Positions 52,303 to 61,351 of a stretch of DNA of 64,000 nucleotides are shown in pieces (within the stretch, counting starts at the first letter, position 1; each line of letters begins with the position of its first letter). The notes below the pieces were generated by a model. That model did no database searches and was not told where the DNA came from. It was given only the letters and a program-made list of their open reading frames with translations. Source of the stretch: an uncultured Candidatus Rokubacteria bacterium (lineage in GTDB: Bacteria; Methylomirabilota; Methylomirabilia; Rokubacteriales; DASRDR01). Position numbers and translations under genes: made by a program. The stretch is from assembly GCA_963805625.1 (NCBI GenBank), contig CAWDVE010000019.1, positions 160,001-224,000 on the forward strand, given 5' to 3'.

Positions 52303-52711
52303 TCACACCTTCCACTCGTAGAGCGTCGATCGCGCGCTGCCGTCGGCCTCGGCGACGTGCTCCACCAGGGCCAGCACGTTGTTGAGGCGCGCCAGCTTGC
52401 CGGTCGTCTGGGCCTGATAGGCCACGGAGGCGGCGAATTTCATGTCCATGCCGTTCCCCGTGGGCGTCCCGATCCGTGGCCGTTCCAGATGGCGCTCTCG
52501 CCGCCGTCGACCATCACCATGCCCCGCCCTTCGCCGTACAGCTGGCCCGGAACTCGCTCGAAGACCGTGTAGTGCCCATGCCGGCGCCCTTCATGCCGAG
52601 GAGGCTCAGCGTAGCTTCGAAGCAGACCTCCATCTTCCCGTAGCGATAGTCGAGTACCCGTCACGAGGTGACCTTCCCATGTTCTTCTTCGAGCCGTTCT
52701 CCCAGCATCAT
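52303..52711 (-). pseudogene. conserved hypothetical beta-rich protein, disrupted
   Basis: GAGGAGG RBS; MLGERLEEEHGKVTS*RVL..LYGEGRG..GKLARLNN..LYEWK; in-frame TGA at 52661-52663 plus two indels. Confidence 0.55.
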
Positions 52712-53024
52712 GTCCTCCTCGAGTCTGTCGTCGGTTCGGCGACTCGCGGCGCCTAGAGCAGCATGAGTCGCCTCCCGCTCCACTTGTACTACGGGAGCGG
52801 CCCCGCGAGAAGGCGGCGAGGGTAAACTCGAGGTGGCGAGCCGGCCGGCTCGTCCCGCTCCAGCGTCCGCGGCGCCGTGTTTGAGCGCGTTCGAGTGGCT
52901 TTGATCACCTCGCCAGGAAATCGCGCATCGCGGCGGTCACGTCCGTGCGCTGTGAGAAGAGGAAATCGTGTGGTTGCCTCCGCGAAGCTCCACGAGCGTC
53001 GTATGCCTGGGCTGGATCGACGTG

Positions 53025-55001
53025 CTAGAGGTGGCGGGCGGCGCGGGTGCCCTCGAGGAGCGCGTCGTGGAGGAGCCGCGGCGCCATCGCGTCGCCGACC
53101 AGGACCACCTCCGGGACGCGCCCCTTGAGCCGTGCGAAGAGCCCGTCGACGGCGCGGGCCCCGTAGGCCAGGACGACGGTGTCGACGCCGTCGAGCCGCA
53201 GCTCGCGCCCCGAGTACTCGTTGGCGGCGAGCACCCGGAGCCGGCCGGTCCCGTCCGCCTCGACCCCGGCGAGCGCCGTGTCCACGATCATCGCCACATC
53301 CCGCTGGTAGAGCCGCTCGAAGAGCGGCTCCTTCGTGGATCCCTCGGTGTTGTCGCACACGGTGTGGTACGCGGTCAGAACGCAGACCGCCCGGCCCTGG
53401 ATGGCGAGGTAGTCGGCGGCGAGGCCTGCCTGGACCCGGCCGGTCCCGTCGACGACCACGACTCGCGGCCCGGCGACCGCCGCGCCCGAGAGGATATCCT
53501 CCACCGTGACGACGCCCGGCAAATCCAGGCCGGGCAGGTGGGGCCGGCGCGGCACCGCGCCCGTCGCGACGATCACGGCGTCGGGCCGGTCGGCGAGCAC
53601 GCCCTCCAACGTGGCCTCGGTCCCGAGCCGTACGGTCGCAGTCGTCTTCCGGAGCTGGCGGACGAGCCAGGTGATGGACTCCCCGTATCCGGGCCGGAGC
53701 GGCGCGCGGGCGGCGACCAGCACCTGGCCCCCGAGCGTGGCTGTCCGCTCGTAGAGGATGACCTCGTGGCCGCGCAGCGCAGCGATACGGGCCGCTTCGA
53801 GCCCCGCGGGGCCGCCGCCGACCACCACGATTCGCCGCGGCACCGCCGCCGGGACGAGCTCGCCGAGCTCGGCCTCACGGCCGGTCACCGGATTCTGGGA
53901 GCAGGAGAGCGTGAGCCCGCGATTCGACCGGCCGAGACAGCCCTCCTGCATGCCGACGCACATCCGGATGTCGTCGAGGTGCCCCTCAGCCGCCTTCCGC
54001 GGCATCCACGGGTCGGCCATCAGCGCCCGCGTCATCGCTACCAGGTCGCACGCGCCTTCGGCGAGCAGGCGTTCAGCATGGCGCGGGTCGACAACCCGGC
54101 CCGCGTAGATCACGGCGGCCCGCACCTCCTGCTTGATGCGAGCCGCCAGCGACGCGTAGACGCCCTGCGGCGCGTTCGCGAACGGCATCAGCTTCTGGTG
54201 GAGCCGCGGGGTCTCGCCGGTCGAGCCCGAGACCGTGAAGTAGTCGAGCTGGCCGAGCGAGTCCAGGACGCGGACGATCTCGACCACGTCCTCGAGATGA
54301 AGCCCGTCCGGGATCAGCTCGTCGCCGCTGACGCGCATCCCCAGGACGAAGTCGCGTCCGACGGCGCCGCGTATGGCTCCGACGACCTCGACGGCGAACC
54401 GGAGCCGGTTCTCGAGGCTGCCCCCGTACTCGTCGGTTCGCCGGTTCACCGACGGCACCCAGAACTGGTCGATGAGGTGGCGCGCGTAGGCGCAGAGATC
54501 GGCCCCGTCGAAGCCCGCGCGCTTGAGCCGGAGCGCGGCGGCCGCGTACGCTTGCACGATCTCCGCGATCTCGCTCCGGTCGAGCGCGTGCGGGATCTCG
54601 CGGTTCTCCGTCTCGGGGACGTCCGAGGGCGAGACCAGGGCCTGCTCCCCGGGCCCGGACGAGCCGCGGCGCCCGCGATGCGTGGTCTGCGCCATCACGT
54701 GGGCGCCCTCGGCGTGGATCGCGCGCGCGAAGGCCGCGAACGTGGGGAGCGACGAGTCGTCCCAGTTCTTGATCCCGTTCCAGTCGAGGACGGGGCTCGA
54801 CGGGTGAACGCTCGAGCTCCCGAAGCACTGGACGAGCCCGGCGCCGCCTCGCGCCTTCTCCTGGTGGTAGCGGATGTAGCGCTCCGTGATGTAGCCGTCC
54901 TTGCCGAATCGAGTCGCGTGCGGCGTGCTCACGATCCGGTTCCGGAGCGTCACGTGCCCGAGCCGGAAGGGCGTGAAGAGGTGCTGGAAAGTCATGGCCA
55001 T
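53025..55001 (-). CDS. NADH:flavin oxidoreductase (OYE + Fe-S + FAD domains), DgcA/StcD-like
   Basis: LRNRIVSTPH, EKARGGAGL, HLIDQFW, YGGSLENRLRF, MTRALMADP, VVGGGPAGLEAAR. Confidence 0.88.
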   Translation of the reverse strand: MAMTFQHLFTPFRLGHVTLRNRIVSTPHATRFGKDGYITERYIRYHQEKARGGAGLVQCFGSSSVHPSSPVLDWNGIKNWDDSSLPTFAAFARAIHAEGAHVMAQTTHRGRRGSSGPGEQALVSPSDVPETENREIPHALDRSEIAEIVQAYAAAALRLKRAGFDGADLCAYARHLIDQFWVPSVNRRTDEYGGSLENRLRFAVEVVGAIRGAVGRDFVLGMRVSGDELIPDGLHLEDVVEIVRVLDSLGQLDYFTVSGSTGETPRLHQKLMPFANAPQGVYASLAARIKQEVRAAVIYAGRVVDPRHAERLLAEGACDLVAMTRALMADPWMPRKAAEGHLDDIRMCVGMQEGCLGRSNRGLTLSCSQNPVTGREAELGELVPAAVPRRIVVVGGGPAGLEAARIAALRGHEVILYERTATLGGQVLVAARAPLRPGYGESITWLVRQLRKTTATVRLGTEATLEGVLADRPDAVIVATGAVPRRPHLPGLDLPGVVTVEDILSGAAVAGPRVVVVDGTGRVQAGLAADYLAIQGRAVCVLTAYHTVCDNTEGSTKEPLFERLYQRDVAMIVDTALAGVEADGTGRLRVLAANEYSGRELRLDGVDTVVLAYGARAVDGLFARLKGRVPEVVLVGDAMAPRLLHDALLEGTRAARHL

Positions 55002-55112
55002 TTCTCGTGGACTTGGAGCATACCAGGAACGGCCGGCGCCAGACAGGAACGCCGGAGGCCGCCACGCCCTCGCGGGCGCTCGCACAGGGCCGCGCGGTGT
55101 GCCGAGTCTCGC

Positions 55113-55850
55113 TCAGCCCGTTCGAGGAGAAGGGGCGCCGACGTGCACGTGGGCGCCGGTCGACGCGCCCGCGACCGGTCCGGGGAAGGCCAGGAACAGG
55201 ATGCCACGCAAGCGGAGATAGTCGAGCAGCACGCGGCCCTCGGTGCTGTCGGGATGGACCGCGACGTCGACGGCATTTCGGTGATCGAAGCCCAGCCGGT
55301 CGTGGAGCGCCGTCTGGCTTATGGCACTCACGGGAAGCGGGCGCCCGAACCGCCCGGAGAAGAATTGCTCGAGACTCGCGACCTGGGTCAGCGTCCACGC
55401 GCTGACGCCGTGGTACTCGAGCACCTCCGGCGTGGACTGCTCCGCGCCCGGGGGGACCGGCGGCAGCGCCGCCAGCTGCCGGAGCGCCTGGGCTTCCGTC
55501 ATGACGGCCTCGGAGTCGGTTAGCTGCCTGCGCGTCTCGCCAAGGCGCCTCTCGGCCTCGGTCACCGCGCGCGGGGCCTCTTCGACGTCACCGCGAGCGA
55601 TCAGCCCCTCGGCGTGGAGCCAGCGGGCCCGATCAGCTGCGGCCGTCGCGCGGGCAAGCGCCTCCTCGAGGACCGACGCGAGGCGCCCGAGCGATTCCTG
55701 GTACTCGCGGGTCCTCTGCTCGAGCTCCGCGAGGGTTTCACCGAGAGGATCCGCTCTCGACCGAATGGCGGTGAGGATGAGGGGCCACGCCAGTGCGGCC
55801 CGTCCGAACCGCAGGAGCTCCCGGCGCGCGATTACCGTCCCGCGAGTCAC
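55113..55850 (-). CDS. exported coiled-coil protein with a LAS/M15-like Zn-peptidase domain
   Basis: ARRELL twin-Arg-like N-terminus, coiled coil, HDRLGFDHRNAVDV and GAHVHVG; start uncertain. Confidence 0.6.
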   Translation of the reverse strand: MTRGTVIARRELLRFGRAALAWPLILTAIRSRADPLGETLAELEQRTREYQESLGRLASVLEEALARATAAADRARWLHAEGLIARGDVEEAPRAVTEAERRLGETRRQLTDSEAVMTEAQALRQLAALPPVPPGAEQSTPEVLEYHGVSAWTLTQVASLEQFFSGRFGRPLPVSAISQTALHDRLGFDHRNAVDVAVHPDSTEGRVLLDYLRLRGILFLAFPGPVAGASTGAHVHVGAPSPRTG

Positions 55851-55881
55851 CGGACTGAGGGATCGCGGCTCGGGAGCGGCG

Positions 55882-56712
55882 TCATGAAGGCGAGCATGAT
55901 GGGACGCAGCGAGCGCCCTTGGCATCGATCAGCACGACATCCACCGGACCCCCGGCGTGGCGGTCGCCGATCTGATAGAGCCGCGTGTCCTCGCGAATGC
56001 CCGCCTCGATCACGCGGCGGACGTGCTCGCTGAGCTTCGACGGCTCCTGGATCGAAGGTCCGAACATCGCGGTGGCGCCCGCGAAGGGTCCTTGTCCGTA
56101 GAAGGTGTCGAGGGCGTCGGGCCACGCCACCGCTCCGCGAGGCGGCGCGGCCAACTTTGCGGTCCATCGATCATCGAGCTCGAGCGAGCCTAGGGTCGCG
56201 TGCCCTGAGGCGACATAGGCCACGAGCAGCGTGAGACGCGCCACCTTCAGTCGGATCTTAGCCTCGGCATCGGCGGGGTTCCTGGCTAGCGCGCGCTTCG
56301 CGGGCTCCCGAATGACCTGGAGCCGCTCCTGAAGATCCGTGCGGAGGAGCTCGACGATCGCGTCGAAGTTGAGGCGCGAGGCATTGAGCGTAGCGATGAG
56401 CCGGCGGATGTGCTCCACGGTGTCCTGCTCGGGGCCGAGGGTGGCGATGCCCGCCACGGCGACCGCGAGAGGTAGCGAGTCGTGCATGGCGATCTTCACC
56501 TGCCGGCCCTGTCGTTCCGAGGGAGAATCACCGACCCTCGGCAGCGCATTGGTCCACAACCGGTCAGCGCCGAGGACGACGAAGTGGTCCCGCGGGATAC
56601 CCATGATGATCGTGCCGGTCCTCAAGACAGGGTCGCTCCACGGGACACCTGCGCTTAGGAGCCCGAGCAGCGTGACCGCGATGACCGTCAATGACCGGAT
56701 CACACCGTTCAT
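55882..56712 (-). CDS. Ntn hydrolase of proteasome-beta type with N-terminal signal/propeptide
   Basis: G|TIIMGIPRDHFVVLGAD (Thr1-Asp17 spacing), KI, AVAVAG, C-terminal GGPVDVVLI. Confidence 0.6.
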   Translation of the reverse strand: MNGVIRSLTVIAVTLLGLLSAGVPWSDPVLRTGTIIMGIPRDHFVVLGADRLWTNALPRVGDSPSERQGRQVKIAMHDSLPLAVAVAGIATLGPEQDTVEHIRRLIATLNASRLNFDAIVELLRTDLQERLQVIREPAKRALARNPADAEAKIRLKVARLTLLVAYVASGHATLGSLELDDRWTAKLAAPPRGAVAWPDALDTFYGQGPFAGATAMFGPSIQEPSKLSEHVRRVIEAGIREDTRLYQIGDRHAGGPVDVVLIDAKGARCVPSCSPS

Positions 56713-56862
56713 CCTGTGCAAGAGCGCTGCCCCGCGGGATTGTCGAGGTGTCTCGCCCCCCCACCCGGTCCGTCGCGGGTCCCGTGCGACGGTATGTCGC
56801 CACGATGACGAGTTGACTCCTGCCGAGTACCGCGCGGACGCCGGCGACGCCTGCTCCAGGAG

Positions 56863-57671
56863 GCCAAGCGCGACCGATGGGTGCTGGCGACGAAGGCCGC
56901 GCAGTCCACTGGGCCCAACATCACCGACCGGGGTCTGTCGCGGCGGCACCTGATGCAGGCCGTGGACGCGAGCCTGACGCGCCTGCAGACCGACCACATC
57001 GACCTCTACTACATCCATCGGGTCGACCCCGACACGGCCTGGGAGCAGACAATCGCCACCTTCGGCGACTTGATTCGCCAGGGCAAGGTGCGCGAGTGGG
57101 CGCTCTCCAACGTGAAGTCCTGGCATATTCCTCAGTGTGTCACCTGAGCCGGCAGCTTGGCGTGCCGCAGCCGGCGGCACTGCAGCCCTACTACAACCTC
57201 ATGAACCGCCAGCCGGAGATCGAGCTGCTGCCAGCGGCCAAGGCGTTCGAGCTCGGCGTCGTGCCCTACAGCCCCGTCGCGCGCGGCGTGCTGACCGGCA
57301 AGTACAAGGTCAATCAGTCGGCCGACCCCAGCAGCCGCGCCGGCCGCCAGGACAAGCGCATGCTGGAAGCGGAGTGGCGACCCGAGAGCCTGATCATCGC
57401 CGAGAAGCTCACGGAGCACGCCGCGAAGCGCGGCACCAGCCTCGTCGGATGGGCCTGCGCCTGGGTGCTCAACAACCGCGCGATCAGCTCGATCATCGCC
57501 GGCCCGCGCACCTTCGATCAATGGACCAGCTACTTCGCCGCGCTCGACTATGCATGGACGGCGGAGGACGAGAAGCTGGCCGACAGTCTGGTTGTCCCCG
57601 GCCACGCTTCGACGCCCGGCTTCACCGATCCGGCGTATCCCGTGGAGGGGCGGTTCCCCAGGGTCGGATAA
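56863..57671 (+). pseudogene. aldo/keto reductase, 5'-truncated and frameshifted
   Basis: RDRWVLATK, SLTRLQTDHIDLYYIH, GKVR, QPYYNL, YSPVARGVLTGKY; N-terminal DTA..Y catalytic region absent. Confidence 0.75.
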
Positions 57672-57902
57672 CCCGGGCGCTCTGCGATTAGAGGTGCTGG
57701 AAGGACATCGCGCGAGCGGCGCCGAGGTCAGTCGATCACCTTGTCCGCCCGGGCGCGGACAGACGGCGGGATCGTGAGAGCGCGCGACGACTGGACTGGG
57801 ACCCCGCCTTGACGCGTCCTGGCGCTCGGCCATAGGATCCGCGTGACAGGCAGGCGGCCGGTGCCCCGCTCGAGGTTTGCTGGGGGGGAGGAGGATAAAG
57901 AG

Positions 57903-58592
57903 ATGCGAGTCGGAGCGACAGCGCTGATCCTCTTGAGCGTCCTGGTGATGGTGGCCCTTCCGGCACTGGGCCATGCTCAGTCCCCGACCGCCACTCGTGG
58001 CGCCTTCGGGGGAACCCTGTCCACGGGGGCGACGGTCGGCGCGCTGCGAGGGGCGGTGCCCGAGGGCGCGACCGTGGGTGCCGCGCGAGGGTCGTTGCCG
58101 GCCGCCGCGGTGATCGGGGCGGTCCGGGGCACCCCCCCACCGGGGGGGACGGTCGGGGCGTACCGGAGCGCACTCGCGGCCGACACGGTCAGCGTGCTGC
58201 CGGGGGCGTCCATTCCGATGCCCACGGGCGCGTTCCGAGGAGACGTTCCGACGAATGCCAATGTGGGCACCGTCTCAGGGCCGCTCCCGTCGGGAACTCA
58301 ACTCGGGGAGCCGGGGCCTGGCGAGCTGGCTCAGCGGCTCAAGTCCGAGGCCCGGATGAACCTGGTCGACGGGAGCTACGCCCGCGCCGAAGGGATGCTC
58401 AAGCAGTCCGTGGCGATCCGCGAGGAAATGGTGGGTCAGGTGCGCCCCGAGATCGCGGAGGCCCTCGACGACAATGCCAAGCTCCTCCGGAGATGGGACC
58501 GGAACGCCGCGGCGGCCGACATGGAAGCCCGCGCCAAGGAGATCCGCACCAAGCTGGAGCCGCCGGCGCCCAAGAAGCCCAATCGCTTCTGA
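57903..58592 (+). CDS. exported protein with 13-aa Gly-rich repeats and a C-terminal TPR-like unit
   Basis: GAGGAGG RBS, signal ending GHA-Q, GATVGAxRG repeats, GSYARAEGMLKQSVAIREEMVG..PEIAEALDDNAKLL. Confidence 0.7.
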   Translation: MRVGATALILLSVLVMVALPALGHAQSPTATRGAFGGTLSTGATVGALRGAVPEGATVGAARGSLPAAAVIGAVRGTPPPGGTVGAYRSALAADTVSVLPGASIPMPTGAFRGDVPTNANVGTVSGPLPSGTQLGEPGPGELAQRLKSEARMNLVDGSYARAEGMLKQSVAIREEMVGQVRPEIAEALDDNAKLLRRWDRNAAAADMEARAKEIRTKLEPPAPKKPNRF

Positions 58593-58625
58593 CGGGTCTC
58601 GTGTGAGCGCCGTCCCCGGGCGGAG

Positions 58626-59504
58626 CTAGCGGCCCAGGAAGCGCCTCACTTCCTCCCGGGCGGCGGCCGCCGCCTGCGGGTCGTGGCCCAGCGTGCCTCC
58701 CCTCGTCCGCCGGACGAACGGCGGAAGGTCGGGAACGTCGAACGCGTGGCGCGCTTCCGGATACACGCGTACCTCGAGAGGGACATCGCCGCCGAGCCGC
58801 TTCTCCAGTTGCTCGCACGCCCACGTGGACGAGATGTCGTCCTTTCCGGCCAGGAGCATGAGGAGCGGGATCTTCACGTTCCACGGCGTCCCGACGTAGC
58901 ACTCGGGATAGTAGGCGACGGCCTTCCGGAACGGTGCGGGCGTGTTGGCCGGGAGCATCGCGATCACGCTCAGCACACCACTGCCCCCCCTGGACCAGCC
59001 GATGACGTCGATCTCGGACGCCCGGATGAACGGGCGGGTCCTGGCGTAGGCCGCCGCGGCGAGGATGTCTCCCGCGACGTCCCCAGGAGGGACGGCGCCT
59101 GCGCAGATGTGACGGCCGCGGGCGCCCAGGTAGTCGACGAAGATCACGACGTACCCCCGCGACGCGAACTCGTCGGCCACCCGCCCGTAGTGGTGTGGCG
59201 CCTCGTGAGGCGTGAAGCCGCTGCAACCGGAGACGAACAGGAGCGCGGGATGAGGGCCCTGGCCCTCCGGCCGGACGACGCGATACTGCGGCTCCGCCGG
59301 CTGCTGGCTCGAGCTCGGTCTCGGCTCGCCGGCGACGCCGGCCAGGAGCGCCACTACCACGAGCGCCCTGACGGCGTTCCGCCCGGACTCGGCGAAGATC
59401 CGCCGTCGGCCATCGTGTCCGGATTCGGCACCGTGACGCGAGCCCTTGGACCTGCGTACCGTCATGCGGCTCCTCCTGCGGCCATCGAACGACTTGACGG
59501 CCAC
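58626..59504 (-). CDS. dienelactone hydrolase-family alpha/beta hydrolase
   Basis: GPHPALLFVSGCSG, GWSRGG, AYYP, GKDD, YPEARHAFD; start uncertain. Confidence 0.82.
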   Translation of the reverse strand: MAVKSFDGRRRSRMTVRRSKGSRHGAESGHDGRRRIFAESGRNAVRALVVVALLAGVAGEPRPSSSQQPAEPQYRVVRPEGQGPHPALLFVSGCSGFTPHEAPHHYGRVADEFASRGYVVIFVDYLGARGRHICAGAVPPGDVAGDILAAAAYARTRPFIRASEIDVIGWSRGGSGVLSVIAMLPANTPAPFRKAVAYYPECYVGTPWNVKIPLLMLLAGKDDISSTWACEQLEKRLGGDVPLEVRVYPEARHAFDVPDLPPFVRRTRGGTLGHDPQAAAAAREEVRRFLGR

Positions 59505-59538
59505 GCGGGGCCTGGCGCCCGGATGACCTCGATGGGGG

Positions 59539-60498
59539 CTAGCCGAGCGTCTCCGCGATCCTCACCAGCTCCTCGTACTCCTGCATCCAGTAGCGATGGT
59601 CGCGGAAGCTCGGGAACGCCTGAGGGAACGACGGATCCTCCCACCGCCGCGCGATCCAGCCCGACATATAGACGATACGCATCGCACGGAGCGGCTCGAC
59701 GAGCCCGAGCGTGGAGCGGTCGAACTCGCGGAAGACCTCGTAGCCCTCCAGGAGATCCTCGCGGCCCTTCTTCGCTTCCTCGTCGTGGCCCCGGGCGAGG
59801 AGCCAGAGATCCTGGACGGGCGGGCCCATGAGACAGTCATCGAAGTCGACCAGCACGGGGCTGGGCGTCCAGAGGATGTTGCCGTAGTGGAGGTCACCGT
59901 GGATGCGCTGCAGCTTGACGGCGGCCAGCTCGGGCGCGGCGGCGCTGGCGATCCGGAGGGCGACCTCCTTGTAGCGCGGCCCGAGGTTTTCGGGCATGAA
60001 TCCGCCCTTCATCAGCACTTCGAGCGGCTCGTGGATGTAGCGCTCGAGGCTCAGCGCCGGACGGTGCGGAGCCGGACGGGCGGCACCGATGGCGTGCATG
60101 CGCCCGATGGTGCGGCCGATGTGGCGCCGCTTCTCGGCGTCCAGCTCGTCGAGCGTGCGGCCGCGCACCTTGGGGAACGCGGCGTAGAAGATGCCTGCCA
60201 CCTCGTTCAGCGTGGTGCCGGTGCCGAGATCGAGCGGGGCCACGGCCGGAAGCTCGGCGTCGACGAGATCCAGCAGGAACCGGTGCTCGTCGAGGATGGT
60301 CTCGCGCGACCAGCGGCCGGGACGGTAGAACTTCACGACGAGGCGGCGCTCGTCCACGAGCTCGACCTCGTAGACGCGGTTCTCGAAGGCGCGGAGCGGT
60401 AGGCAGCGGCCGGTGCTGCGGAGCCCGCCTGCCTCGACCGCGTCGAGCACCCGGTCCGGGGTGAGGGCGAAGAAGGTCGCCTGGGGTTGAGTGGTCAT
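59539..60498 (-). CDS. srkA: stress-response Ser/Thr kinase (SrkA/RdoA/YihE family)
   Basis: LTPDRVLDAVE, FENRVY, KFYRPGRWS..ILDEH, RIHGDLHYGNILW, VDFDD, VQDLWLL, WIARRWEDPSFP. Confidence 0.9.
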   Translation of the reverse strand: MTTQPQATFFALTPDRVLDAVEAGGLRSTGRCLPLRAFENRVYEVELVDERRLVVKFYRPGRWSRETILDEHRFLLDLVDAELPAVAPLDLGTGTTLNEVAGIFYAAFPKVRGRTLDELDAEKRRHIGRTIGRMHAIGAARPAPHRPALSLERYIHEPLEVLMKGGFMPENLGPRYKEVALRIASAAAPELAAVKLQRIHGDLHYGNILWTPSPVLVDFDDCLMGPPVQDLWLLARGHDEEAKKGREDLLEGYEVFREFDRSTLGLVEPLRAMRIVYMSGWIARRWEDPSFPQAFPSFRDHRYWMQEYEELVRIAETLG

Positions 60499-60599
60499 CG
60501 GACGTCGAGTGTACCCTACGCGCGGTCTGCCGGACGTGCGGCGACGTGTCGCGGCACGAGAAAGGCGCACTGGCCTGGTCCTCGCAGCGGCGGCGCCGA

Positions 60600-61268
60600 G
60601 GAGACCCGCCGGAGAGAGGCGGACTATGCCGTGACCCAGGCCCTGGCCGAATCGCGCGGCCTCGATATCGCCGCCGCGAGGATCCTTCGCGCCGTGTGCG
60701 AGAGTCCGGGGTGGGATCTCGGAACGCTGTGGGTGCCCGCGGAGGGCGGTTCTTGCGGTGCCTGGAGCTCTGGCATACACCTTCAAGGCGGTCCCGGGAG
60801 TTCGAGGCGGTCAGCCGTGGAGGACGTTCGCCCCGGGTGTCGGCTTGCCGGATCGCGTGTGGGCGAGCGGGGAGCCAGTCTGGATCCCAGGCGTCGTCGT
60901 CGACCGCAACTTTCCGAGATCTCCCATGGCCAGCCGTGAGGGTCTCCATTCGGCGTTCGCGTTCCCCATTCGGGTGAGGGAACGCGTCCTCGGGGTAATG
61001 GAGTTCTTCAGTCGGGCGCGAGGGGGCCTGGGGCTCGGCCTCGCGGTCGTCAAGCGGCTCGTGACGCTGCATGGCGGCCAGGTGTCGGTGGAGAGTGCGG
61101 GACAGGACCGGGGTGCCGGAGGACCGGCGCCATTCAACCGAGGCCGGGTTCAATGCCCATTTGGTCAAGTCCGTTCGCCCCGAGGCGCTGCTTCGAACGA
61201 TGGCCTTGCTGGCCCACGGGGGGGCCGGCTCGATTTCGCGACACGCCGTGACGTCGCCCCGCCCTTGA
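60600..61268 (+). pseudogene. collapsed remnant of a hybrid histidine kinase (GAF, HATPase end, receiver end)
   Basis: FAPGVGLPDRVWASGEP..GVMEFFS, then GGLGLGLAVVKRLVTLHGG, then EAGFNAHLVKSV. Confidence 0.7.
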
Positions 61269-61351
61269 GCCGGTCCGCGGAGTCAATATCCACGGCACGA
61301 TGGCGCCCACGACTATCCTGACCGGCTGGATCGTCTCACTGACAGGAGACG

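Noticed and set aside
52661-52663. In-frame TGA as a second selenocysteine
   Set aside because: Not in a redox motif, no convincing downstream hairpin, and the gene has additional indels; more likely a nonsense change or error.
52968-55523. Long antisense and alternate-frame ORFs (also 376..1452, 24127..26205, 30048..32111, 31948..34155, 34183..36210)
   Set aside because: Arg/Ala/Pro-rich shadows of real genes, expected at this GC content; no motifs.
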